A stretch of 64,000 nucleotides of DNA from the human T2T-CHM13v2.0 reference genome, Homo sapiens, in NCBI RefSeq assembly GCF_009914755.1, contig NC_060940.1; one strand, written 5' to 3'. The position numbers and the translations under genes are program-made. The notes under the pieces are model-generated. The model saw only the letters and a list, made by a program, of their open reading frames with translations. It did no database searches and was not told the origin of the DNA. This document shows, in pieces, positions 1 through 12,584 of the stretch (position 1 is its first letter; each line of letters starts with the position of its first letter).

Positions 1-99
1 GTTCAGTCAATCTGAGGAAAGACCAGCAATATTCCAAGGCTTCCAATAGGAAAGCTTCCCAGAAGTTTGTAGCAGGCAGTTCAATTTGGGAACAGCAAT

Positions 100-510
100 T
101 ACTGCATGCTGCCTACCAATGTGATTAATGCTGTATGGTTTTGGAAAATCACTGACCTCTTCATGTCACTTTCTCTTTATTTAGAAAAAATCGGATGATA
201 TTTAAGTGGCCTTCCTGCTTAAAAGTCTCCCATAGTGACAGTTTCTCTGTCACAGCCCCTTCTTTCCTGTTCCAAGTTCTAATTGTTCCAACCCACACAC
301 ACACACAGGCACACACTTTCCCATTGTGAGCAGGCACCTCTGAGGCCCTGGCCCATTTTCCACAGCACACTCTCGCCTTCATTGCAAGCACTGACAGGTG
401 CGAGCTGAGAAAGATACAGGCCCCGTTTGAAGCCTCATGATAAGAGAAGCTGGGAGATGGGCTGAGAAGAAGAAACAGAAATATTGATCTCAACAGGCTG
501 ACAGGTTTTA
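100..510. promoter_or_regulatory. Candidate enhancer island (MEIS/PBX-HOX motifs)
   Basis: No recognisable interspersed repeat; TGATTAATG 122-130; TGACAG/CTGTCA at 236, 247, 392, 499. Confidence 0.35.
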
Positions 511-689
511 CTGAAGGTTCCAATGGTAGGAAAGGGTGAGCCCAGACTGAAAAGTTTACACTTCCTCAGTGCAATATTCAACTGCAGCAGTATCTTGATT
601 ATAACATTTTCTTGTGCTCACCATATCCCAGAATTCTATACTCCTTATCCTCTTTCTGATATGGGCAACCTTTGAAGTCGGAGGGGCTT

Positions 690-1030
690 GCTGCTTCTTG
701 AACATGCAGTGTTCTTTCATGTCTCTGCCCTCACCTGGCCGGCTCTGCTGCCTGAACTTCCTGCTTCCTTCTGAGGCTTATGAATGACTGCCCACCCCCA
801 GCTCAAGACCCAGGTCAAGCCAACTGTGTCTGTGAACCTTGTTGGATTGCCCCAGGCAGAGCTGTCAGCCCTTCCTTCTGCTGGGCTTCAAAAGCGTGGT
901 GTAGGCTTAGTGACTACTATACTCTGTGTTATAATTATTTGTTCACATGTCTCCCCGACTAAGAGAGGGCAGATACTGCATTCCCAGAATGAAGTCGGAG
1001 CTCATTAATTTCTTATTGAATGAATGAACA
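690..1030 (+). mobile_element. L2 LINE 3' fragment
   Basis: Degenerate L2 3' sequence ending in tattgaatgaatgaa tail. Confidence 0.6.
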
Positions 1031-1109
1031 GAAGAACTGAACAGAGGTGAAGTAAATAGGAAGAAATCTTTATTATAGTCACTTGATTGTGGGCTTAAAA
1101 TGTGCTGGT

Positions 1110-1407
1110 GAGCCGGGCGCAGTGGCTCGCCCCTGTAATGCCAGCACTTTGAGAGGCCGAGATGGAAGGATCTCTTGAGTCCAGGAGTTCGAGACCAGCC
1201 TGGTCAACACTGTGAGACCCCCCCACTGTACAAAAAAAGTATAAAAGTTAGCTGGGTGTGGTGGCTTGGACCTACCGTCCTGGCTACTCAGGAGAATTAG
1301 GTAGCAGAATTACTTGAACCTAAGAATCTGAGGCTGCAGTGAGCTAGGACAATGCCACTGCACTCCAGCCTGGGTGATAGAGAGAGACCCCAACTCCTAA
1401 AAACAAA
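1110..1407 (+). mobile_element. AluJ SINE
   Basis: gccgggcgcagtggctc start, dimer, gaggctgcagtgagc (J-type), short A tail. Confidence 0.92.
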
Positions 1408-1489
1408 GGTGTTTGTGGAAATCTGTTTAAAATGTGTTAACATGCATAGACATCAAAAAGTATAATTTAATTTTACATAGTCATTATTG

Positions 1490-1598
1490 TTTTTTTTTGA
1501 GATGGGGTCTCACTATGTTGCTCAGGCTGATCTCAGCCTCTCAATCAGCTCAGTCTCCCGAGTAGCTGGGATTACAAACCTGTGCCACTGCACCAGGC
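1490..1598 (-). mobile_element. FLAM-type Alu monomer
   Basis: polyT + gagatggggtctcactatgttgctcaggctg...gtagctgggattaca...ccactgcaccaggc, single arm. Confidence 0.8.
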
Positions 1599-1634
1599 TT
1601 CGCAGCCATCATTTTGAGCATCCAGTAGAAAAAA

Positions 1635-1800
1635 TGGTTCTCACTCTGGAGTTCATGTCAGAATGACCTGGGGACTGGTCAACACAGATTCCTTCACCCC
1701 ACCCCAGAGATTCTCATGTAGTAGATGGAGAATTTGCATTTCTGACAAGTTTCCAGGTGAGGCTGATGCTATGGTCTGGCGGTCACACTTCCAGACCTGC
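1635..1800. mobile_element. MER5A hAT-Charlie DNA transposon
   Basis: ccccaccccagagattct...gaatttgcatttctgacaagtttccaggtga..ctgatgct. Confidence 0.8.
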
Positions 1801-2181
1801 AGCTATCCTAGAGTCTAATCCTCTAGTTCAGCAGGATCATTAAAATGGGTAGGATTGTTGTCCCTGCACCCATTTTCTCCACTGCACCTAGTCTATTGAA
1901 TTCCTCTGCTGGCTTCTCATAATGCAGTTGCAGATTCCTCTGTGACATTGAGAACTGTGTTCTTTCCATCACAAAGTGACTCCTCGCCGTGACGCTGCAT
2001 TGCATGATGCAGGAAAGTGAGGGGATTTGGGCTGTAGTTGATGAGGAAAATTTACCGTAAGAGGCTAGAACTGGCACTTTTGGAGCCTGTGAGAACTAAG
2101 CCAGAGGAGTAGCCAGGGAAATGAGATCAATAAGAAGGAAAATATTAAAAGGGGTGTGAGAAGCAAGTTGAAAATTAAGAA

Positions 2182-2551
2182 TTTTTTTTTTTTAATTTTA
2201 AGTTCTGGGTACATGTGCAGGATGTGCAGGTTTGTTACATGGGTAAATGTGTGCCACGGTGGTTTGCTGCATCTATCAACTAATCACCTGGTTATTAAGC
2301 CCCGCAAGCATTAGCTATTTTTCCTAATGTTCTCCCTCCTACTACCCCACCCTCCAACAGGTCCCAGTGTGTGTTGTTCCCCTCCCTGTGTCCATGTGTT
2401 CTCATTGTTCAGCTCCCACTTATAAGTGAGGACACGTGGTGTTTAGTTTTCTATTCCTGTATTAGTTGCTGAGGATAATGGCTTCCAGCTCCATCCATGT
2501 CCCTGAAAAGGACATGATCTCATTCCTTTTTATGGCTACGTAGTATTTCAT
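2182..2551 (-). mobile_element. L1PA (approx. PA10-13) 3' end
   Basis: polyT + ttttaagttctgggtacatgtgcaggatgtgcaggtttgttacat...aaggacatgatctcattcc. Confidence 0.92.
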
Positions 2552-2596
2552 TTGGACTATAGCAAGACAGATTGAACCTCTAGGATGTTCCTTGAA

Positions 2597-2780
2597 CCAG
2601 TGGTTCTTGCCCATGGTTGTCCATTAGAATAACCAGGGGAACCTCTATGACAAGCCTATGCCCTGGCCCCACTCCAGACCAATGGCATCAGATTCACTGG
2701 GGCCTGGAGCTCAGGTATTGTTATGTTTTAAAGTTCCCCAGGTGATTCTGCTGGGGAGCTGAAATTGAAACTCTCTTCTA
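2597..2780. mobile_element. MER5-family DNA transposon
   Basis: cagtggttct...cattagaat..ccagggga...ccccactccagaccaat...ttccccaggtgattctg. Confidence 0.75.
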
Positions 2781-3039
2781 GGGCCCCTTTATTTCCCCAG
2801 GACTTAAGATTTTAATCCTTGGCCTCGGACACTGTTTAGTTGCATGCTTTAGCTATACCTGCTGTCCTCTTGCCATTCTGCTCACCATAGGGCTTCATCT
2901 GCATGGGAGAGCTAAGCCGGGGAACAATGACCTCTCCTTGCATGGGCTGTCTTGCTTTATAGATGGGCTCTTGATGGAAACTAGAAACATGGAGAGAAGC
3001 TATCTACTTGACCTTTCCTCACAAAAGCAACCAGATCAG

Positions 3040-3680
3040 CCTATTCCTTTGTCACCATCTACCACTTTAGCCCATTTTACTTCCAAAATAACATTACTCT
3101 CTCAACGTCGTATATATTTGTGTGTTTACTTATGAAACATACACCTCTTTCCACTAGAATGTAAGCTGTATAAGGGCAGACCTTCTCTGTCTTTTGCACC
3201 ACTGTCTTGGTCTACAGCCTGGGTGGCTCAAACAGGATACTTATTTTCTTGCAGTTCTGGAGCCTGGAAGTCCATGATTAGGGGGCCGGCTTTGTTATGT
3301 CAGGGTGAAGGCTCTTTTTCTGGCTTGTGAAATAGATAGCTGCCATCTCCATGTGTGCTTACATGCCTCTTCTTTGTGTGTATGTGAAGAGAGAGAGAGA
3401 GAGGGACAGAGATAGAGAGAGTGCAGGCTCTCTTGTGTCTCTTTTATTCTAAGAGCACTCAGTCCGTTGGACCAGGGTCTTGCCCTCATGATCTGTTTAC
3501 CTCCCAAAGAACTCACTCCAAACACCATTACATTGGGAGTTAGAGCATCAACGTATGAATTTTGGGGGTATACAGACTTTCAGTCCCTAACAACAACCTG
3601 GGGTCCATTCCCCAGGACCCAGCACAGTGCCTGACATATAGTAGGTACTGAACACCTATCTGTTGAAAGAATTAATTCAG
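3040..3680 (+). mobile_element. L2a 3' end, split by MLT1A
   Basis: ccactagaatgtaagct..taagggcaga, and after the LTR cccagcacagtgcctgacatatagtagg. Confidence 0.75.
3203..3592 (-). mobile_element. MLT1A-type MaLR solo LTR
   Basis: tgtcttggtc...cagttctggagcctggaagtcca...tatgaattttggggg...cagtccctaaca; 5-bp TSD accac/acaac. Confidence 0.85.
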
Positions 3681-4057
3681 GAATTCCAGAGCTGACCTTA
3701 CTCACAGAGTCTTGTGAGCAAACAGAGCCTCGGTTCTTTCAGAGAAAACCAAAAATTGAAGATTCAACTAAAATGTTATTTTTTTTCTCCTTTGCCTCTC
3801 CTTCACATCTCCTTCATAATGGATACAGCTCAGCCTCCTCCATGCTGAATGCTAAAAAGGGTGGCCAATGGTGGATAGTCTACCTTGACTTTCTGAATCC
3901 TGGTTTCCACAATGTTTTGTCTTGCAAGTGCTTCCTTCCCACCCACACAGCAGTTCTGGAGAGGAACAGCAGGTTTTGAAAGGCTTCTTTTATTTTACAT
4001 CCATTTGCCAAACATGAAAAAAAATGTAAAAGGAGAAGGGAGGCATAACAGAGTAAG

Positions 4058-4090
<33 letters not shown>

Positions 4091-4101
4091 TGTGTGTGTG
4101 T
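4058..4101. repeat. (TG)n microsatellite
   Basis: about 21 TG units, one interruption. Confidence 0.97.
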
Positions 4102-4214
4102 AAGCTTATGAATGTTTGTGCAAACTGTATAAGAAAGAGAGGGCGGTTTTTATAAATGGAAGACTCAATTATTTAAAGTCTAGTTCACTGTAGGCACTCA
4201 AAATGCTTTTATTG

Positions 4215-4252
4215 GATGAATGAATGAATGAATGAATGAATGAATGAATGAA
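4215..4252 (+). repeat. (ATGA)n tetranucleotide repeat expanded from an L2 tail
   Basis: gtaggcactcaaaatgc..tattggatgaatgaatg... about 9 units. Confidence 0.85.
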
Positions 4253-4571
4253 AATAAGACAAATGAAGGGAGAAACTGATTTGGAGAAAGAAGTGCCAGA
4301 CATTTACAATGGAGTCAATAGGCAAGAGGAAAAAAGGGGGGAAATTACAGATGAATTAGAAGTTCTTAAAGAATATCCCATCTGAGAGAGCAAGATAGAT
4401 GAAAGGAAAGGAGAGGGTCAGTACTAGATTTCTGCTGTACCAATAAGCTGGTCACTGCCCTAACCCCTTTTCTTTCTATTAAAGCCTACTGTATGTCATC
4501 TCATCCTCACCCGAAAATAAACATTAGCCTCAGTCCACTAGTGAATGGTACCTAATACAATTCTTCCTACT

Positions 4572-5102
4572 TGGAGTAGAGTGACAAATGACCACAAATT
4601 CCTCTTATCCCAATGCTCCTTTGCAATGTGACTTTGCCATTCCTTCCATTAAGAGGTGGAGTCTATTTCTCCACCTTGAATCTGGATTAGTTATGTGACT
4701 TGCTTTGACTAAAGGGTTATTAGCAAATGTGATGGTGACAGAAACTCAAATAGCACTTAGGCCTTGGAGTTTCTTCTCTCATGCTCCCATGGGCATCCTA
4801 AGAGCATCACAGGAGGAAGCCCCAGCTAGTCTGCAGGATGATTAAAGTCATGTGGCCCAGTATCTTCTGTCACACAAGCTAACAGCCTGTCAACCATTAC
4901 ACCTGTGACTGAGGCTATTCCAGATCATCCAGCAGACCAGCCAGCTACCCAAAGATGCGTGGGAGAGTCTAGCAGAGATAGGTCATACTTGCCTAGACCA
5001 TAAAAACACTCAATCAACCCAGAGAGCTACAAAGTAAATATGGCTGTCATTTAAGTCACTAAAGTCCTGGGGTGTGCTTGTTATACAGCACAAACTGATG
5101 CA
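4572..5102 (+). mobile_element. MLT1G/H MaLR LTR
   Basis: tttgcaatgtgactttgcc..aagaggtggagtctatttctcc..ttgaatctgg...gtgacttgctttgac; end ttgttatacagca..aactgatgca. Confidence 0.8.
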
Positions 5103-5161
5103 TCACCTTAGAGCTGAGATCCTTCATGTGATGAATAACAGACCATGGATTTTAGCCTGTT

Positions 5162-5697
5162 TGTATTAGCTTTCTTCTCCTGAGTAACAAATTACCTCAA
5201 ATCTAGTGGCTGAAGGCAACACATATTTATTATCTTACAGTTTTGTGAGTCAGGCACGGCTTAACTGGGTCCTCTATTTAGGGTCTTACAAGGGTGCAGT
5301 CTAGGTTGGCTGGGGATCAGTCAATAGAGCACCAACGTTTGCTGACATATTGCAATCCGTTATGATTGTAAAACTGACAGCTTCAGTTGTCGTCTGCTCC
5401 TAGAGGTCATGCCCTATTCCTGGATACATGGACCTTCAAGCATAGGTAGCCCACAACATGGCAACTTGGTATAATCAGAGCCAACAGAGCATGAAAGAAA
5501 GACTCCAGCAAGATGAGCACTACAATCTTAGTATGATTATGTACACGTAGTACATTTATTCTGTTACCTTTACCATATTCCATTAGTTAGAAGCAAGTCA
5601 TAGGTCCTCCTCATATTCAAGAGCAAGAGACTACATAAAGACATGAACATCAGGAAATGAGGATCCTTGAGAACCATTTCAGAAGCCACCTACTACA
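5162..5697 (-). mobile_element. MLT1E/F MaLR LTR
   Basis: tgtattag...gtaacaaattac..aaatctagtggct...ttagaagcaagtca...cctactaca. Confidence 0.8.
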
Positions 5698-5736
5698 TTA
5701 ACTTTAACATACTGATCTGCAAGGGACATTCTGCCT

Positions 5737-6075
5737 CATTTACTCTTCAGTGAAAAGATATTTATTGAGTGTTTCCACATGGCAGGCACTGGGTACACAG
5801 CCATAAACCAAGTCATGGGGGAAGGGTCATGTTGATCGTTAACAGTCATGTATGTGATGGTGAAGACTTCAGCTTTTACTCTGAGAGGGAGGAGGATCCA
5901 TTGGAGTGTTCTGAGTAAAGAGAGGCAGAATCTCATTAATGTTTTAAAATCACCCCTATGGCTGCTACTTAGATAAGAGAGTTCAGAGGGAACAGCTAGA
6001 AGGTTACTATAATATCTTGGAGATGAGAGAGGATTGGATCAAGAAATACCAGTAGAAGTAGAAAGAAAGGTGAGG
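5737..6075 (-). mobile_element. L2 fragment
   Basis: tatttattgagtg...caggcactggg; gacttcagcttttactctgag..ccattggag. Confidence 0.7.
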
Positions 6076-6862
6076 AGTGACTTACTTCCCAATCAGGGAC
6101 TTCAGGCTTCTCCTGGGTCTCCAGCCTGCTTGGTGGGAAGCAGATACTGGGCTTCACTTTCTGTCAACTCTTTTCCTTAGGGAGACGAACCCCTTCAATG
6201 GGGCTCTGCTTTGGATGGCTGGGATACCTGCAGTGTTTTTACCACTAACCCTTGGATTTGCTCCAGTCTGCTTCTTGAACTCCATCAAAAGGCAGTTAGG
6301 TGTAAAATTTTACTGTCTTTCGTGTCAAGAAGAACTGGGATGAAACCTACTGGTGACTGGCTGAATGAGCCATATTTTCCCATCTGCAAAATGGTGGTAA
6401 CAATGTCCCAGGTTTGTTTGTGGACCAAGTAAAATAATTCAATCAAATACTCGCTAGAACAAAATTGGTCTTTTCTCCCTGGATATAGTTTGAATGTACG
6501 TCTCTGTCAAATCTCCTGTTGAATTGAAACTCCCAGTGTCGGAGGTGGGGCCTGGTAGGAGGTGTTTGGATTATGGGGATGGATGCCCATGAATGGTTTC
6601 GGCCATCCCCTTAGTGATGAGTGAGTTCTCGCTCTGAGTTCACATGAGATCTGGTGGTTTAAGTATGTGGCACCTCCACCCCCACTCTCTTGCTCTTTTA
6701 CTCCTGCTCTGACCATGTGATGTGCCTGCTCCCGCTTCACCTTCCACTATGAGTAAAAGCTTCGTGAGGCTGCCCCAGAAGCAGAGACTGGAGCTACACT
6801 TCCTGTTCAGCCTGCAGAACTGTGAGTCAATCAAACCTCTTTTCTTAAAAATAACCCAGTCT

Positions 6863-7378
6863 GAAATAAGCCAGGCACAGAAAGACAAATACTGCACGTT
6901 TTCACTTATGCGTGGGATCTAAAAGTCAAAACAATTGAACTCATGGACATAGAGACTAGAAGGATGGTTGCCAGAGGCTGGGAAGGGTAGTAGGGGGCTG
7001 GCCATGGTGGGCGAGGTGCGGATGATTAATGGGTACAAAATATAATCATTAGGTTAGTGCAAAAGTAATTCTGGTTTTTGCCATTTAAAGGGCATTGCAC
7101 CAACTTACTAGAAAGAATGAATGAGACCTACTATTTGATAGCACAATGGAGTGACTATAGTCAATAATAACTTAATTGTACATTTTAAAAATAACTTAAA
7201 GAATGTAATTGGATTCTTTGTAACTCAAAGGATAAATTGTTGAGTGAATGGATACCCCATTCTCCATGATGTAGTTATTTCACGTTGCATGCCTGTATCA
7301 AAACATCCCATGTACCCCATACATATATGCACCTACTATGTACCACAAAAATAAAAATAAAACATAAATAAAAATAAA
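6863..7378 (+). mobile_element. L1MA1/2 3' end
   Basis: gaaataagccaggcacagaaagacaaa...gtgactatagtcaataataacttaattg...cctactatgtacc + A tail. Confidence 0.9.
7049..7107. mobile_element. MADE1 (Hsmar1 mariner MITE), internally deleted
   Basis: ttaggttagtgcaaaagtaatt.tggtttttgccatt...ttgcaccaactta terminal inverted repeats. Confidence 0.85.
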
Positions 7379-9519
7379 CTATCCAATCCCAGGTATTTCT
7401 TTACAGGAATGAAAGAATAGTCTAATGCATCCCTCCTTCCATACAATGCCTGTCTGATCTTGACCTGTCGTTGAGTAATTCTTGCCTGGTTCTGGCAGAG
7501 TCTGTCTCTATTGCCTCAATTTGACTGTGATGGTAAGGAAAGCACGTGGACTGTGGATGCTTTTGAAACCTACTGGCAGTTTATTTAGGCTGAGATGGTC
7601 AATCCCTCCTCCATTCTATTTCATTCGCAAAGGTACAGAATGCAAATCCACCTGCAGCTCAACAGAACTGCCACTCAGCTCAGAGCCAACACCATCAGCA
7701 TGTCTTGGGATGGTCAAGAGGAGACAAGAAAAATTACATAGAGTAATGACACAGAATTAAGGCTGTTCCTGTCACCATCTCTGGCCAGGACCACATGTAC
7801 TAGCGGAAATACCCCAGCAAGTGCCCGTGTTCCCGACCAAAATGCCGAGAAAGAGAAATCTCCCCACAGGTAGAAAAGATGTAGCATTTACAATGAAATA
7901 CTTGAGACCATACATTTCTGTGTGCACCTGGTGCTTGACTGGTTACCTGACTTTTCAAAAAATTTAGAAGGATAATGAAAAAAGAATACAATTTTCATTG
8001 AGAAGCATTTATGGAACATCTTCTCACGCCTACTACCGTGCTAACAACCTCATCGCAGGAAAATAAAGATATGAAAAGAACTCGTCTAATCGCTGGTATC
8101 TCTGAGATTCTAAGAGATAGGGCAGTACAAAGGTACTGCATCAATCGCTTGAAGGCAATTATTGCAAGGTAGAGGGCTCATAAATTAAACTGTCAGACTG
8201 GGCTGACAATGAAAACCCAAATAAATCAAGCATCAGGCAGGAAGGGGTTAATTAGAATAGGCTTTAGCTACTTCCTATAAGCTGCTAGTGACAGTCAAAT
8301 CTATATTTGTATGTCCATTAATGATGTTAATTAGGCTCATTAAGATTACAAAGAAAGAAGAGACATGTAGAGACACCTGAGTTTATTGTAAGGATGCAAG
8401 GAAGTTACAGGTAACAATAAGGCCCAGGGTTTGGCTATTCTGTGATTACAAAGGAAGGCACATTAACACCAATACTCAAATCTCCCTAATTCTAACCCTG
8501 ATCTTATATTTGGAAACTGGGCTCTCTCCCATGGCTTCCCTACAGAATGCAGGCAGGTCACAGGGTGACTCAGAAGGATGGGAACAGATACACTCACATT
8601 CCTGTGTGTCCCCCACTACACTGACACGTCCTCTTCTGTTGTCAGTGCCATATATAAACATGCCAGCTTTTCAGGGACTGTTTCCTAATCTTCCCCACAT
8701 CCTCCAGTTATCAGAGCAGTGTTGGGTTCCACGCCAGTTTGGCAAGAATTTTGCCCCCGGTTCTGGGCTAAACTTTTGTTGCTTTGGCCCTGTGTTTTAC
8801 AAAACCCTTCAGCTTTTGGTGCACTTCTGAGTGACTGAGGCCATGTTGTCCCCTGCAAATAGAAACCCTTCTCTCTACCTTTACATGAATTATCCATGGG
8901 CATAGCAATTCACAAAAATGAAATCTGAGTACTGAGGGCTGCAATGGGGAGTTGTTTCAATATACTCCTCCATGGCATCTGAGCTTCAGTTGTAACATGG
9001 GCAGAATTCCCTGTGACATTAGGCAAAGACTACAGAATTTCAGGATGAACAGGAACTTCGTTCAGAATTTATCAGCATCTCTAGGGTCTCATTGGTTTCT
9101 GGAGTCAAATTTTTCCATCTCTGACTGTGCTGTGCCTACTGGGAATCTGTCTGATTCCACTTCAGTATCTACTGTCTCTCAGCTTATTTTTTATTGCTTC
9201 TTTCTGTGGATGTCTAGACTTCTATGCTGTCTTCTGTGTCTCTATTTCTTACATGAACTCCCCAAGAGAAATAATCTGATTGAGACATTTAATGACTCTC
9301 CAATATAGTCAGTTAGTCACCATGCAATAGAGCCTGTCCATATTGGGCAAGATTCCCACGTTGGGTCAACTCATTGACTGTTGTTCTGAGATTGGTGAAA
9401 CCCTGACCTTACCAGCTACAGTCATGGTTCAAAGCCTGGACAGATATGCATAAAAATGGGCTTGTGTTCTGGCTGCTCAGTAGGCACCCGTAGATGTTAA
9501 GAGGTAACCTGAGATTCAG

Positions 9520-9710
9520 AAACTCTTCTTCAATATAGCCAAGCTCCAGCCTCAGGTATCCAACTTTCTCCTACGTGTATCCACCTGAGCATCTCAAAGG
9601 CATCACATCTTAAAATACACTCTTCAGTCTCCCCATCAAAGCCTTATTTTATCCTTACATATCAACTCTGACTTAAGTCTTCCAGGCCAAAATCTTGAAT
9701 TTTTCCCCTT
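9520..9710 (+). mobile_element. L2 fragment
   Basis: ctccag...tatccaact..ctcct...tccacctgag..tctca.aggcatc. Confidence 0.55.
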
Positions 9711-9740
9711 GTATTTGATGAAAATACATTCAGTCCAACA

Positions 9741-9880
9741 GAAAAAATAACTATTGGTTACTAGGCTTAGTACCTGATTGACGAAATAAGATGTATAACA
9801 AATGCCCTAATATGAGTCTACCTATATAACATAGCTGCACATGTACCTCTGAACCTAAAATACAAGTTTTAAAAAAAGAA
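9741..9880 (+). mobile_element. L1PA15/16 extreme 3' end
   Basis: aaaaataactattggttactaggcttagtacctg...ctgcacatgtacctctgaacctaaaata + A tail. Confidence 0.85.
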
Positions 9881-9894
9881 AACATAAAACTCCT

Positions 9895-12030
9895 TTAGAG
9901 GAGGAACAAGTTAAACTGTTTTGGTTTGCAGGTAATGTGATCTTATATTAAAAAACAAACAGACCAAAAAAACCTCTGAAGACTCCACCTAAAAACTGCT
10001 AGAACTAAAAAATTAACTCAATAAAGTTGCAGGATACAAAATCAATATACAAAAATTAGTAGCATTTCTATACACTAACAAAAAAACTAACCATAAGAGA
10101 AATCAAGAAAACAATCCCATTTACAATAGTTACAAAAATAACAAAATACTTAAGAATAAATTTATCTAAGGAGATGAAAGACCTGTACACTGAAAACTAT
10201 AAAATACTGATGGAAGAAATTGATGAAGACCTAAATAAAAAGAAAGTAGTCTGTGTTTGTGAATTAGAAAAATTCGTACTGTGAAAAGATTTATAATATA
10301 CAAAGCAATCTACAGATTCAATGCAATTTCTATCAAATGTCCAGTAATATTTTTCATAGAAATAGAAAAAACAATTCTAAAATTGGTGTGGAACCCCAAA
10401 AGACCCTGAATAGCCACAAAAATCTTGAGAGAAAATAACAAAGGTAGAGGCATCACATGACCTGTCTTCAAAATATACTACAAACCTATAGTATTTAAAA
10501 CAGCATGGTACTAGCATAAAAACATATGTATAGACCAATGGAGCAGAATAGAGACCCCAGAAATAAGTCTATGCATTTAAAGTCAGTTGACTGTCATCTA
10601 AGTTGTCAAGAACACACAGTGAGGAAAGGACAATGTCTCTGATAAATGGTATTTGGACAAGTGGATATCCACATACAGAAGAATGAAATTAGATCCTTAT
10701 CTCACAACATGTACAAAAATCAACAGAAAATGAACTAAAGCTTAAATGTAAGACCTGGAACTGTGAAACTACTAGAAGAAAACATAGGGAAAAAACTCCA
10801 TAGCATTGCCCTGGGCAATGATTTTTTGGATATGAACCCCAAGACCACAAAAGCAAAAACTGACAAATGGGATTATATCAAACTATAAAGCTTCTGCACA
10901 GTCAAAAAGTAATCAACAAAATGAAGAGACAACCCATAGACTGGGAAAAATATTTGTGAACCATACATCTGATAAGGGGCTAATATCCAAAATATATAAG
11001 GAGCTCAACTCAACAGTAAGAAAATACATAACCCAGTTAAAAAATGGATAAAGGATTTGAATAAATATTTCTCAAAGGAAGACATACAAATATCCAACAG
11101 GTATATCAAAAATGTTCAGCCTCACTAATCACTAGAGCAATGAAAATTGAAACCAGAATGAAATATCACCTCACACCTTTTAAGATAGCTAGTGTCAAAA
11201 AGATGAAAGCTAAGTATTGGCAGAGATATGGGGAAAACAGAGACCTGGTGTACTGTTGGTGTAAATGTAAATTAAGAAAATTAAGAAAAACAGCCATTAA
11301 GGAAAATAGTATGGAGGTTCCTCAAAAAATTAAAAATAGAACTACCACATGAACCAGCAATCCCACTGCTGGGTATATATCCAAAGGAAATGAAATCAGT
11401 ATTTCAAAGAGATATCTGCACTCCAATGTTTATTGCAGCACTATTCACAATAGCCAAAATGTGAAATCAACCTGTGTCCATCAACAGACGAACAGGTTTT
11501 TAAAAATGTGGTATATATGCACAATTAAATACCATTCACCCTAAAATAGAAGAAAATTCTCTTATTCGTGACAGCATGGATGAACCTAGAGGACATTATA
11601 CTAAGTGAAAAAAGCCAGGCATGAAAGACAAATATGATGTGATCTTACTGACGATGGAATTAAAAAAAAATTTGCACTAACAGAAGTAGTGGGTAGAATA
11701 GTGACTACCAGAGACTGGGAAAGAGGTGGGGGTTGGGGGGCTGGGTAGATGTTGGTTAAAAAAATGCACAATTTCAGTTAGATGGGAGGAATAAGTTCAA
11801 AAGATCTATTGTACCACATGGTGACTATAATTATTAGCAATGTATTGTATTATTGAAAATTGTCAAGAGAGTAGATTGTAAATGTTCTTACCTCAAGAAA
11901 TAGTAAGTATGTGAAGCAATGCATATAATTTAGCACTTCATAGAGTATTAATATCTCAACATTTGTACACAAAATGTATACAATAAATGCATACAATTAT
12001 TGTCAATTAGAATTTTTTAAAAATGTTAAA
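9895..12030 (+). mobile_element. L1MA5-7, ORF2 3' half plus 3'UTR, decayed
   Basis: aaagttgcaggatacaaaatcaa..., ORF 11140-11352 resembles ORF2p C-terminus; 3'UTR ggaggaataagttcaaaagatctattgtac. Confidence 0.92.
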
Positions 12031-12584
12031 AATGTGAAACCAACATGAATAAGACACCACTGGCCCAAAATAGGACAATTAGAGTCAATCAGAATACTAC
12101 CTGCAGTAGATTAAAATATAAGTATGTTTAAATTCATAAGTTCATGATGATTCTAAAAAAAGTAACCATTCATTGTTTACTGTCAGGATATGCTAGGAAA
12201 CCAGCTCATTGTTTGAAAATTAGTAAGTAAAGGGGAGAATTAAGCATTTATCCTGACTCTTCCATATTAATTGTGTATCCCAGCTAATGAAAGAGGAAAA
12301 AAATAAAATGCAAATATCACTATTTTGCGACTTCTAATGAATAGAGCTAGTCAATGATCAGCAGTGGGTGCTATTATCACAAAAATGGAGACAGTCAGAA
12401 CTTGCACACCTTCTAATGGAAGTATGCATCTCCCATGATCGTCTTACCAAAAATTTGAAGTAGCATCTGATCAAGTCTCTGGATCTATCATTAATCCACA
12501 GAAAATACAAAAAGTGGAAAAACAACTGGCAAAATTCAGACTGTGGGACACTAGAAGAAATGACTCAGTTTTTCTCCAGCTGCC

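Larger units (their letters stand above)
6481..7429 (+). mobile_element. MSTB solo LTR (6481-6862 and 7379-7429) interrupted by L1MA
   Basis: gatatagtttg...ggaggtggggcctgg...cagcctgcagaactgtgag...cccagtct|caggtatttc...ctaatgca; perfect TCCCT TSD 6476-6480 / 7430-7434. Confidence 0.92.

Noticed and set aside
161-523. 120-aa ORF with a signal-peptide-like N-terminus
   Set aside because: Non-ATG start, runs through a (CA)n-like tract, no recognisable family and no promoter or exon context
8230-9500. Possible old MLT/LTR remnants and ORFs of 106 and 118 aa
   Set aside because: Too diverged to name; the ORFs have non-ATG starts and no homology I recognise
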